From NCBI GenBank assembly GCA_964016885.1, contig OZ024745.1, positions 38,688,001 to 38,752,000 of the forward strand: a stretch of DNA of 64,000 nt. Reading direction: 5' to 3'. How positions within the stretch are numbered: position 1 is the first letter of the stretch; every line of letters starts with the position of its first letter. The stretch comes from Eledone cirrhosa (lineage: Eukaryota). A model generated the notes under the pieces. The model worked only from the letters and a program-made list of their open reading frames with translations, was not told the origin of the DNA and did no database searches. Position numbers and translations under genes: made by a program. This document shows, in pieces, positions 16,079-29,049 of the stretch.

Positions 16079-16099
16079 ATATATATATATATATATATA

Positions 16100-16227
<128 letters not shown>

Positions 16228-16310
16228 ATATATATATATATATAAACATATATATATATATATAAACATATATATATATATATATATATATATAAACATA
16301 TATATATATA

Positions 16311-16347
<37 letters not shown>

Positions 16348-16362
16348 ATATATATATATATA

Positions 16363-16401
<39 letters not shown>

Positions 16402-16416
16402 ATATATATATATATA

Positions 16417-16483
<67 letters not shown>

Positions 16484-16487
<4 letters not shown>

Positions 16488-16842
16488 AAAAAGGGGTGAA
16501 ATCGAAAATGCAACCGAAGTCATATTTTTTTAAAAAATATATATATTTATTTGGTTCCTTTACCGGTTTCGCAGTTCTTCTGCTTTTCAAAAGGTGAGTT
16601 GAGATGGAGGGTCTGTGGTTTTTCTCACATGTGAGAAAAACCACAGACCCTCCATCTCAACTCACCTTTTGAAAAGCAGAAGAACTGCGAAACCGGTAAA
16701 GGAACCAAATAAATATATATATTTAAAAAAAAAATATGACTTCGGTTGCATTTTCGATTTCATCCCTTTTTCTTTATACTTCCACACGTGTAGGACACCT
16801 GGTTATTTTTCATTTTGTAAAAAAAACAAAAACAAACCTCAC

Positions 16843-16848
<6 letters not shown>
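16484..16848. mobile_element. Palindromic HHR-bearing insertion in (TA)n (PLE pseudo-LTR-like)
   Basis: Near-perfect palindrome 16484-16778 centred on CACATGTG (16626-16633). The right arm extends 70 bp further to (TA)n. Confidence 0.8.
16665..16702 (+). ncRNA. Type I hammerhead ribozyme, U3-A8 core variant (mirror copy at 16557-16594, minus)
   Basis: cctt TTGAAAA gcag-aagaa-ctgc GAAAC CG GTA aagg: 4-bp stem I, 4-bp stem II, minimal palindromic stem III, GUA cleavage triplet, followed by AATAAA. Confidence 0.65.
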
Positions 16849-16895
<47 letters not shown>

Positions 16896-19032
16896 AACAC
16901 ATAAATAAAAGTAGAGAAATTAATGTAAGCAAACAGCCTACACTGATTAGACATATAAGTAACTATAAACATCAAGATGAAACATTTTTAACGAAAGATA
17001 TGGGATAAGTAATAATATCTTAATTCAATAAAATATAAACACATATATATATATGTGTGTGTGATAGGATATGATATCAATATTCATCCATTACTTCTTC
17101 TAAGAGAAACAGGATTCAATGCATTTATATTTTAAGTTATTTTATTATTGGAAGATTCCCTACTTCAGAGTAAGCAGTGATATCCCTCTGGCATGCGAAC
17201 TTTCAAACTTGTCATGCTTCGGATTTAGAATTCATATTTATGGAATGATTATTGTTTTAGATAAAAACAGGCTTGCTGGCTGCTTTTTATTATTATGTTG
17301 GTGGTGGTGGTGGGATGTATATTCTGCTTAGATGTTTCTATTCTCGTATTCAACTGTTATTGTGTGAACTATTTTATGTATTTTGTGTGTATGTGTATGT
17401 TATGTATTATGTGTGTATGTGTATGTGTATTTTATGTATTACATGTGTATGTGTGTATGATATTTCGTTATAAATTATATCACGCCAAATGAATATGATT
17501 TATATTTAAGGATATTAATTATGAGCAAGACTAATTAATTTAAAGAATTATTTTTTTAAAAAAATCCATTTCGATGATCTATCAACAGGTAAGTGAAAAG
17601 CTGACGGACGTAAAGACAATAGAAGTATAACTTGATCATAACATTGAATATTTAAGCAAACATGCTCAGAACGTGATCCAGTAAAGCATAGCCCATTCAA
17701 ATTCCCCACATATTATATTATCTCAAGGAGAAATGCAAATATTACTATATGCGAATAACGTTCACTCGTAGCTAGTACATGCGAAGATATTTTCCAGCCA
17801 ATGATCCAGGCGTGATCCTGATGTGTGCTGCCTATCCCCGGGGAGACTGGGAACTGACTAACCCAGATTGTAGGTCTAACAGCTCAGCGTAATATATATT
17901 CTCACGATGCGTATCCGGTACCGTTGGTTCGAATGCATGTTGTGCTTTCCGAATGAGTATTTGGAATGCTCGAGGAAATGCATATAGTGAGACAAGGCGG
18001 GAGTCCTACTATGAGATCAGGGTGGCCCTGGAGTATATTTAAAGATTCATAAAGAGAAAAGAGGTAGAAACAGATAGAAACAGATAGAAACAAGTGGTGT
18101 GGGTGGTCCATCTGGAACCCAAGGCGGCGGGGTTACTAACTATATAGTTTGAGAAAAGTACTCGTCCTTAGATGTAGACAATCACCAAATAAATCAGACC
18201 TTCTATTAATTATTTGCATTCTCCTCTGAATATCACGAAAGTCTCACTCAGATAATAATTCAAGGAATACCCCTTTCTTCCTTGCATATATAAATCTTAT
18301 ACGTAACTTATCATACTCTATACATCAGTACGACTATCAACTTTCGGATATATATTTGGCATTGCCATAGTCTAAACTTGGTACATTTCACACATCACAA
18401 CTTTTCGACTTCTTGTTTTTTTTTCCAGTTTTTGTTTTTTCTTCTTCTTTACTATTTACTTTTCGCTTATGATATTTTCTTCATCTATTTATGTTCAAAC
18501 TTATTTTTACTTTATTCCACATTATTCTATTTTATTATTCATATATGTCAACACTAATTCTCACCTACTGTGTATTGTACTACATACTGCCGAGACTGGT
18601 TATCATATTATATTATCAATAGTGCCACAACTATTGTCACTGAGGCTGTGTGCCACACCTATCTAACTAAGGTATCGTCGATGTAGCTTGGAATGTTATT
18701 GTTGCTCAAATGCATCATACACAGCAACCGATTTCTAAGGTTACCCCCACTGCTATCCAACTCTGAATGGCCTGGTTCCTGGGCAAGAAGACGGCAAATC
18801 TTAGACCATGGTCCCACTAAGAAATTCACCATGGCTTGAGGATAAGTAGATGGAACTACCTCTGACCAATAAGTTTTGTCCTACTTTATTCCTAGTGTTG
18901 ATGTTGTGATGTTGTTTATTCTAAGTCATCTGTCACAGGTGCTATGACAAAGAAACACGAAATATCAACCTAGGGCATATCAATGAATTGAAACAACAGG
19001 AGAAATGTTTATTTCTTTTGTTCAACTTTTAG

Positions 19033-19089
19033 CTGTATGAAGAGGTCATAACAGTTGCCTAACAGTTATCATCGAAATATATATAACAG
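19033..19089 (+). ncRNA. Degenerate hammerhead ribozyme, related to the 59164 family
   Basis: ctgt ATGAAGA ggtcataac..gttatcatc GAAA tatata TA acag; core C3 is changed to A. Confidence 0.45.
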
Positions 19090-19156
19090 TGATTAAGTGT
19101 ATAAACGTAGTAAATCCTAATCCGTTGAAATGAACTTCCTTATTATAATTATAATC

Positions 19157-19343
19157 AGGGCAGTGGATTGGCAGTATCGGTAGAGGGTCGGACGTCATGC
19201 TTTCCAGCATAGTTACGTCCCTTTACGATCTGAGTTCAAATCCCGCCGAGGTTGACTTTGCCTTTCATCCTTACGGGGTCGATAAAATAAAGTAAAAGTA
19301 ATGCACTGGGTAATGCTGGTCTTGTACCTAAAGTAGAAACAAT
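19157..19343 (+). mobile_element. SINE family A, full length with TSD
   Basis: A box TGGCAGTATCGG and B box GAGTTCAAATCC. 16-bp TSD TATTATAATTATAATC at 19141-19156 and 19344-19359. The body resembles the MetaSINE central domain (from recall, not searched). Confidence 0.9.
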
Positions 19344-19505
19344 TATTATAATTATAATCCGGAGTATACAGACAAAATTGAATAATTCGTTGTGTGCTCT
19401 ATCGTTTCTTATTGTAATGTCGTTGATCAACTAAAGCATATTTTATCAAATGTACACATACACTCATATTTACATACAGAGACACTCTCTCTCTCTCCCT
19501 TCCAG

Positions 19506-19618
<113 letters not shown>

Positions 19619-19659
19619 CATACATATATATATATACATACATATATATATATATATAT

Positions 19660-19734
<75 letters not shown>

Positions 19735-19782
19735 TTCGGTGAACTAACTGTTGTGTAACCACATCTATATATATATATATAT

Positions 19783-19866
<84 letters not shown>

Positions 19867-19871
<5 letters not shown>

Positions 19872-20295
19872 ATTAAAATACTGGTGCGTGTTGGAGTTAA
19901 ACACCCTCTTCATATTATAGAAATGACAGTAAAAGGTATAGCTCAATGTAATTAAACAGAGCTGAAGAATTATGAGAATAATACAAAGAAGCCTTCAATA
20001 CATCAAAAGTCTTTATTAGCCAACAATGTTTCGTCTTATTAAGGACTCATCAGGGCAAGCAAAACCACAAGAAGTACTATCGGCCAATACAAGCCGAAAA
20101 CTCCGAAGAATATGGAGTGTACATACACTAAAGTATTGGAAGATTATGGGTAAAAATATATAATAAAAATCACTAAGGAGGTGGATAACATTTTGAACCA
20201 TATTACAAATATAGTCCAAAGCAAAAAAACCTAGAGCTAAACAAAGGTGGTTATATAGAGCGGGAATTATATATAATACAATATAATATAATATA
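19867..20295 (-). mobile_element. HHR-bearing short element, same family as 59294-60780
   Basis: Reverse complement aligns with 60345-60780 and has the same 3' end (GTATTTTAATYCTTA) against (TA)n. Confidence 0.8.
20016..20058 (-). ncRNA. Type I hammerhead ribozyme
   Basis: Minus strand: ttgcc CTGATGA gtcct-taat-aagac GAAAC ATT GTT ggctaa, overlapping AATAAA. Confidence 0.7.
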
Positions 20296-20421
20296 ATATA
20301 CTTGTATATAAATATACACAGGCGTGTATGATTGTGTATAGAAGATTATATTAATAACATGAATTACAACTTTGTTTGATTTACTCGTTTTATTTACAAT
20401 CCTTTAAAATTTACAATCCTT

Positions 20422-20705
20422 AAAAGCTAGTACACCGTTCCTTTGTCAGTGTTGAACAAACGAGCAACGATGGTTGCTAGACACTACGGCGTAATACGGG
20501 ATGTTTGTTTACAAACACACCGAGCATTAAAATAAATGTTCGGTGAATCCATACGTACATATCTATAAGTGTGCATGTATGTATATATATATACATATTA
20601 CTGTACGTCTGTATACATATATGTATGTACGTGTACATACTTATATTTAAGTAACAGCCGTACTAAGAGTGGGAAATGGAATTTCATTTCATTTTTTCCG
20701 TTTAT
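20422..20705 (+). repeat. Truncated copy of the ~417-bp HHR repeat family
   Basis: Aligns to 14805-15075 (GTTCCTTTGTCAGTG..TAAATGTTCGG..TACTTATATTTAAGTA) and ends in TA-rich repeats. Confidence 0.75.
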
Positions 20706-21316
20706 ATACATATATATATACGTATATATATACATATATACGTATATACACCTATATATATATATAAATGCAAGTTTACGATTCTCTGTCTACGCCTAAA
20801 ACTATAAACTACCGGACTAAACTCCTTAAAAGTATATTACATGTACATATTCACTATACACTCGGACAGGTAACGGTCGAAAAAGTTTTACTTTGCAAGG
20901 CAAAGAATTCATTTAAATTCAATTCATTTTATTTCTAATGAATATCAAAAGAGATCATCCATTTTGTTTTTTTTATGTTCTCCAATCTGGAGATAAGAGA
21001 GTGAGTGATGGGAGTGAGAAAGAGAGAGAGTTATGGATGACAGAGGAAGAGAATGAGTGGGAGATGGGAGAGAATAAGGGGATGAGAGAGAAAGAGAGAG
21101 AGTGAGTGGATGGGCGAGAGAGAGAGTAAGGGGTTGTGAGATAGAAATAAAGATAGTAAGGGATGATAGAGAGAGTGGGAGATGGGAGAGAGAGTAAGGG
21201 GATATGAGAGAGAATGACGATGAAAGAGAGAGAGGGAAAGCAACAAGCGTTGTTAACTTTTATTTATTTATTGTTTTTACGCACTTTTTAACGCTCCCGC
21301 TTCCTTAACGTTATTC

Positions 21317-21500
21317 GGTGGATTGGCAGTATCGGTAGAGGGTCAGACACCATGCTTTCCAGCATAGTTACGTCCCTTTACGATCTGAGTTCGAATCCCG
21401 CCGAGGTTGACTTTGCCTTTCATCCTTACGAGGTCGATAAAATAAAGTACCAGTAATGCACTGGGATAATTGATGGCCTTGTGCCAAAAGTAGAAACAGT
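21317..21500 (+). mobile_element. SINE family A
   Basis: Full-length match to the other copies. Confidence 0.88.
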
Positions 21501-22659
21501 TATTTATCTTTTCTTTATTTGTTGTTCTCTATTATGTAGAGAGAGGGGGGATATGCGAGAGAAAAAGAGAGATATGGAGAGTAATGGAATGGGAGAGAGA
21601 GAGAGGGAAAGTAGCCCGCGTTCATTAACTTTTAATTATTTATCATTTTTACACACTTTTAGCACTCCCAATGTTATTTATCTTTTACTTATTTTTGGTT
21701 CCCTATTCTGTAGAGAAAAACGACCCTTCGCGTGATTTTCATCTAGCATGTGTAGTGTGTATATTGATATTATACTCAGGAATATATACATGTAGATATG
21801 ATACATCAAATAAAATCGTAATTGACAATATATAATACATAGAAATTGAACGAAGACTTATGTAATCAGTAACGTAATCCATGATACATTCAAAAATACG
21901 ATATTATATATAAACTGCATTAGGAGAAAATTAGTGAAGGGAAATTAGTATGTTTCTTTTAGCGATCGCCGATTTCAGAAATTTTAAAGAAGTGAATCAT
22001 TAAATAAACAAAATATATTTAATGAACAGCCACGATATTTAATAGATAAATTATGTAATAGTCATTCATTATTTATTCAAAGTAATCCAACTTATTTTAC
22101 AAACGGGATAAAAAAAACCCGTACGCAATCCCGCAGATTTACACACACATATGTGTGTGTTAGGGGAGGGGGCGTTCTCTAGCAGGCGATATATGTTACC
22201 ATCAACGCTTATTTTCTACATATGTCTAAAGAAATCACAGATGCTTTTATAGAAGTTGTATATATGTACGTATTTAATAACAACAACACAAACGCTATTT
22301 TAAACAGATATTATTTGAATATATTATTTTCCGCTGTTATTTGAATTAACACAGAAAATTTGTTTTGTGTACTATTTGTCGTTTTTTGGGGGGAAGTTGA
22401 TTAAAAATGATAATTTCAGAATACAATCTGCAATCCCAATATTGTCTACATATGCCTAACATTAATTACACCTAATATACATTGATATAAAGAGATCATT
22501 TAAAACAACTTTACTGAGTGAACAATACATTCTATAGTTGTTTATATTTCGGAAAGAGTGTGGTGTGTAATAATTGTTTCTACTTTTGGCACAATGCCAG
22601 CTATTATTCCAGTGAATTACTGGTATTTTATTTTATCGTGTGATGTGTAATAATATTAC

Positions 22660-25600
22660 TTCAAATACCTAGAAAACGTTCCAGATCAATATATGGAAGG
22701 TCATCTTCAGCGGTTAAGAGAAAGAAAACACAGGAATCTGAAGAAAATGAAGAAGTTCGGCATCCCCGGCTAGCTGCTAACAGAACACAAACAGCTTTAG
22801 CACTAGCACACCGTTTGGATGAAAGGGAACAAAGGACTGCTGCTACACGAGAACAACAAATTAAGGAGCAGCAGCAAATCAGACGAAATGCTAATCAAGC
22901 ACATCGTTCTACTGCCCGAGCAGGAGAACAAGCCACAAGTAGAATGAACTGGCTGATGGGTGCTTTTTCGTATAACCCACAAAAGGACTACAGCAGTAAT
23001 CCACAGATCAACATTAGGAAAATGAACAAATGCTGCCAGTATTGTGGTGCCAAGAAACACCAACTCTATGCTGCTCAAAAGGCAGAGTGAGCATTAAAGC
23101 AATACAAGAACCTCCTGAATTTCTGAAGAATCTGCTCCTTCAGCATACACCAGAAGCACGACACTTCAATAAATACATCATAAAATATAATTCTGCCTTT
23201 CAAATGACATCTTTTGGGGCCGACAGGAATGTGACAGACTTTAGATTCTGTACAACTTATACAATTCAGGGACAGTGTTACCACTTAATCGATGGCCTTC
23301 TGCCACTTTCACAAGAGCCTCACATATTTGTGCAGGTTTACTTCATGGGTGGAAATGAAACACAGGCACAACAAAGATGTATCAATGTCCATGGTGGATT
23401 GCATTTCTACATAGTCATAAAGTTACAAGAAATGCTTCAACAACATCATATGTACGTTAGTGTATTTAAATATGCACTGGAGCATATGAACAACACCAGA
23501 GATCGAAAAATCATCATTAGGGCAGACACACGCCCAGCCTCAGAACATGAACGCAGATTCAATGCACATGTCACTGATGAAGTTGCAATCATAATGGTTG
23601 ATGAAGAGCATGAACGACGTGACATTGTTTTGCAAAAACGATATGGACATTTGGAGCGAATTTGTGAAACTCATAGAGCCTATGATTCACTCCAATATCC
23701 GCTCATATTTTGGAATGGTCAAGATGGATATCATTTTCAGCTACGGAATATCAGCCCAGGAACGGGACAAGAAACTGGCCGATCAATCAGCTACAAAGAA
23801 TTCAATGCTTATTATTTCATGGTACGTGATCACTACAGCACATTTCTGCGATTCAAAGAAGTAACCAGCCAGTTCATGGTGGACATGTATGCCAAAATTG
23901 AAACAGAAAGATTGGGTTGTCTGCGAAGGAATGAAATTAAGTTGAGGGCAGATAATTACATCCATCTTAGAGATTCCGTCAATTCTGATATTGACCCAAG
24001 GAATATTGGCCAGCCAGTCATACTACCATCAAGCTTCACGGGATGACCACGTTACATGTATGAACGTACGCAAGATGCAATGGCCTATGTAAGAAAATTT
24101 CGTCGGCCAGATCTCTTCATTACATTTACATGTAATTCAAACTGGTCAGAAATATAAAATGAATTATTTCAAAATCAAAAACCAAAGGATCGACATGACC
24201 TCATTGCTCGGGTTTTCCAGGAAAAGCAAACAAAAACTCATCTGGCTCCTAAAAGAAGGAAAAACCTATGGTCAGCTTAGTGCTTGGATGACCACTATTG
24301 AGCGGTCTTCCTCACTCCCACAGGCTAATCTGGTGCAAGAGAAAGTTTAGACCAGATGATGTTGATAAGATTATTTCGGCAGAGTTGCCTGATAAAGGTG
24401 TTGATCCAGAGCTCTTTGAAACCATCAAGTCCAAACTCATTCATGGTCCATGTGGAGTCATCAATCCTGCCTCTCCCAACATGAAAGATAAAAAATGCAG
24501 CAAACATTATCCTAGAGCTTTTATTTGGGAAACTCGGACTCACAATAATGGAAACCCCCTTTATCGTAGGCGTAGACCAGCACACGGAGGCAATACTGCA
24601 AGCCTAACAGTTCGAGGAGAATAGCTGACCATAAACAATCAGTGGGTCGTCCCACACAACAAATTGTTGTGTAAACGTTTAAAAACTCATATTAATGTTG
24701 AGTATTGCAGCTCCGTCAAGACAAAACCTATGTCACAAAATATATCAACAAGTGCAGTGACATGGCTACCTTTATGACTGACAAAGAACTCAATAATGCT
24801 GGGCTGGATAAGGTCAAACGGTATCAAACAAGTCGATATATCTCCAGCAATGAAGCTATCTGGTGAATCTTTGAATTTGATATTCATCAACGCCAACAGT
24901 GATCAACCTCGCAGTCCATCTGGAAAATGGACAGAGATTCTACTTCACTAAGATCACTGCTCATCAGTTGGCACAAGCATCACATGACACTACACTAACT
25001 GCTTTCTTTAAACTCTGCCAGAACGATGAATTTGCTCGACCCCGCCTATACGCTGAAGTCCCAACATACTACACGTGGACCATTTGCAAGACCTGGAATC
25101 GAAGAGGGCAGGGTCGTTTAGTGGAAGGTCGTGAAGTCAAGTCAAATGATGCTATTGGGCGTGTTTACAATGTCCATCCCAAGAACAGAGAATGGTTTTA
25201 TTTTCGGCTACTTCTGCATACTGTTCGAGGACCAGCGTCATTTTAGGATCTTAGATGTTTCAGAGGAAACGAGTGTGCAACATAAAAAGAAGCATGTAAA
25301 CAGCATGGACTCATGCATGACAATGGACACTGGAATATGTGCCTAGAAGAAGCAGGAATCACTCAAGTAGCCAGTCAAATAGGACAATTATTTGCTACTA
25401 TGCTCACAGCATGTGGAATTGATGAAGCTCATCTACTCTGGCAGGAGTACATAAACAATATCTCGGACGACTATCTACACCTAGCCCGAAGACATGATGG
25501 CAATATGTATATGGAATATACCCCCAGGTTTTACAATGAAGCTCTCTGTGACCTGTCCCATCGACGTCAAGCAATGGATAGCACATCAGATAACTGCGGG

Positions 25601-27060
25601 ATGCCAGAGCCAGATGAAGAACTGGCGGTAGTACAAGCCATTTTTTAGGAAACAAACTACGATATTCAAGCATTGCGTAAGTTTGTGGATTAAAATTAAC
25701 CTCTATTGATGGATGACCAGAAATATGCCTACCACAACATCATCGAAAACATTCAAAATGACAGGGGAGGACTTTTCTTCATCGATGTTCCTGCTGGAAC
25801 AGGAAATACATTCCTCATAAACGTCCTGCTTGCAAACGTCCGCCAAAAGAAACATATTGCCCTTGCTGTGGCTTCAAGTGGCATTGCAGCAACACTTCTG
25901 GATGGGGGAAGAACTGCACACTCCATGTTTAAGCTGCCAATAGATCTCATACGGCATAAACAATCTTTTTGCAACATCAAGAAGAACTCACCCAAGGGCA
26001 AGCTTCTGCAAACATGCAAGATGATAATTTGGGATGAAGCTACTATGAGCCATAAAGGAGCAATTGAAGCTTTGGACCGGACGATAAGGGATCTAAGAGA
26101 AAATAGTTGCATAATGGGAGGAGTGACAATGGTTCTTGCTGGTGATTTCAGACAAACTCTGCCTGTAATTCTTCGAGGGTCTCGAGCTGATCAGGTCAAT
26201 GCCTGTCTGAAAACATCCTATCTCTGGTCCCAATTTCAGCTGCTGAGCCTTACAACCAACATGCGAGTGCACGCAACTGGTGACGAAGGTGTCAGTGAGT
26301 TTACCATCCAACTACTTAAATTAGGAAATGGACTTCTTGAAAAGGTCTCCAATGACCATATTCAGTTGTCATTTGGCCATATAATTGACACAGAACAAGA
26401 ACTCATTGCCAGAGTGTTTCCAAACATTCAGACCAGGCAATGTAATCCGAAATGGCTCTGTAAACGAGCAATCTTAGCACCTAAAAATGTTGCTTTGAAA
26501 CAAATCAACAGATGGCTGCTGGAGATATTACCGGGAGAGAAAATATGCTACAAATCAGTTGACACAATCACTTCTCAAGACCAGGTTGTAAACTATCCAA
26601 CTGAATTTTTGAACATTCTTGAACAAGCGGGAATTCCTCCACACAACTTGATACTGAAGCTTGAGCATCGGTCATGCTACTTCGCAATCTGGATCCTCCA
26701 AAACTTGGTAATGGCACAAGACTCATCATCAAAAATATGATCTCCAACGTTCTAGACGTTGCAATCATGTCAGGAAAATTTGCTGGTGACAATTGTTTCA
26801 TTCCCAGAATACCTCTGTAGCCAACTGATTTACCATTAAAATTTCAAAGACTTCAATTTCAGATCAGGCTCAGTTTTGCCATGACCATTAATAAATCACA
26901 AGGGCAATCATTGTAAGTCGTATGGTTGGATCTGGCAGATCGTGTCTATTCACATGGTCAAATCTATGTTGGCACAACAAGGGTTTGGAACCCTGATTGT
27001 CTCATCATTGTGGCACCACAGGGCAAAACCAAGAATTGTTTATCCAGAGGCTTTGGAATG
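22660..27060 (+). mobile_element. Helitron Rep/helicase (RepHel) pseudogene
   Basis: N-terminal YNSAFQMTSFG..IQGQCYH, YDSLQYPL and QFMVDMYAKIETERL..VILPSSFTG. Rep motifs PDLFITFTCN, GLPHSH (HUH), HGPCG and CSKHYP. Pif1 helicase motifs DVPAGTG(N)T, ASSGIAATLL.GGRTAHS, WDEATM, LAGDFRQTLP, FAMTINKSQGQS and SHGQIYV..RV. Many stops and frameshifts. A possible 5' end lies at ~20751; no 3' CTRR was found. Confidence 0.93.
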
Positions 27061-27817
27061 AGCAATGTTGTAATTCCTCATTCAATGACAATACACACAT
27101 ATCCTAATTCCTTAGTCATGTAGTTTGAAAGAATTCTGAAGCCGCAAATATACTGCATAGTATTACTTTGGAAGAATATGTAGGTATTCCCGAGTACCAC
27201 TGCTATATAAAGTAGAATAAGTGAGGACTTTGTTTGGTAGAAATAGCAGCCAAATTTCCTTCAAATCCCACCTTACTTTCTCAGGTATGTATATATGTAT
27301 GAGTCAAAAAGGAATGGTTCTATGGTGATAATTCTACTAAACATATTAGCAAAATCCATTTCAAATCATAAACAACTGTCTTACACACATACATGTATGT
27401 CATGTGAGCCACTATAACTGTTGGTATAGCTAATAGAAATAGAAAATAAATCTCCCTCAAACAAGATCCTACTGCCATAGAGGCAAAGATTGGTGAAAGA
27501 TACAGTGTACACATTTAAATACACTTTCCCCGAATTACAGAAATGAATAAGTAAATGCTTCATTCAATAAGAAACCAATGCTAAATTTATTTTCTTATTT
27601 TATTTATGGTTTTTAAAATAGTCTTTTTATGTTGTTTGAATTTTAGAGGTTCAGATTGAGCAAAAAACAAAAACAAAAAAAGAAAGAAAATGATAAATAA
27701 AAAAAATCTAAATGTACTTTTTTGGTCATGCCCTTTTCACTGACAACATTCCTAATGATTCATCTATGAGTATAGCATTATATATGCTGACTGTAATAGG
27801 GAGCAGTATTCAAAAAA

Positions 27818-28829
27818 TCCTCGACGGTGATCAGGTGTGGTCGCCGTTTCCTAGACGCGTCTTTTCTCAGCTCGTCTCCTTGATGGAGCTGCAGTCCTGA
27901 GTCAAGCGTAGACCGAGAGGAAGCGCTTGGAGACTGGAATGTCTTCAGGGGCTCACAGGCCTCTACCAGTCGGGAAATATGATCGGTGGAATTCCACCTT
28001 TGCGTTCTATAGAAGATTAGTGGAGGGGAAGAGCCACGACGTACTTGGGGAAACTCTAGGCGTCGACGAAAATCAACTAGCCAATCTCTTCGGAAGAATT
28101 TCGGGTCTATGGAGAACTTCCAGAAATCCCTGGAATGGCAGTGCTACTGAGGAGCTTTGCCAGTTCGGGATGCAGGGCGACGAAAACGTCCTGCATGCAT
28201 TCGTCCAGTGTCCGAACATTGCCGACTTGTGGGTTTATGTCGAACACCTACTGTCGCGTGTAGAACGGATCCGACTATCAGCTGAGTCCATCGTGAGGAT
28301 TGCCCCGCCCTTCTTCCTTTAGCCGGGAAGAGAGGCAGTTTTTATCTGTCTGGTCGCCATGGCGAAAGAGATAGTATGGTGGACGCGTCTGAAAGGGCTG
28401 AAGACGAGCACTTACCTCTTCGGTGATGCCCTGATTAACTTTTTCCAATTTCATATGAAAAGGAAAATCAGGGTAGAGAGGGAAGTGCCCTCTTCCCAGC
28501 GTTTTGTTGAAAGATGTGTGAGAGAGGCAAGAATGACCCGTGTGAATGGACCTACTCTGAGTATATGGCTGTAAATTTAAGGTGGAAAATTGGGAGAGGG
28601 ACACCGAGGCTTTTTTTTAATGAGCTTTCTCCACAATGGCCCTCGGAAGTGTCCCCCCTATTGGGGAATTTTTCATTGTTCTTTTATTACATCCTCTGTT
28701 TTTTGAGGGTTTTTTTTACACGCACAAATGCCCATTTGTACCGTCCTGTATTGTCATGTACTCTCCTTAATGTCTACTTTATGTAAACCCTTGTGGTTAA
28801 TAAAGAAACCATTATTATTAGTATTATTA
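27818..28829 (+). mobile_element. 5'-truncated 3' fragment of the L1/Tx1-clade LINE, with internal deletions
   Basis: High similarity to 33060-34140 (VEGKSHDVLGETLGVDENQLANLFGR, MAKEIVWWTRLKGLK). Ends AATAAAGAAACC(ATT)n. Confidence 0.9.
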
Positions 28830-29015
28830 AGGGCGGAGGATTGGCAGTATCAGTGGTGGGTCGGACGCCATGCTTTCCAGCATAGTTATGTCCCTTTACG
28901 ATCTGAGTTCAAATCCCGCCGAGGTGGTCTTTGCCTTTCATCCTTACGGGGTCGATAAAATAAAGTACCAGTAATGCACTGGGTAATTGCTGGCCTTGTG
29001 CCTAAAGTAGAAACA
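28830..29015 (+). mobile_element. SINE family A inserted in the (ATT)n tail of the LINE
   Basis: Full-length copy flanked on both sides by ATTATTATTAGTATTATTA. Confidence 0.88.
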
Positions 29016-29046
<31 letters not shown>

Positions 29047-29049
29047 TTG

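Noticed and set aside
25706-26740. Cellular PIF1 helicase gene
   Set aside because: It is intronless and follows Helitron Rep motifs, has Walker A K changed to N, and is disrupted.
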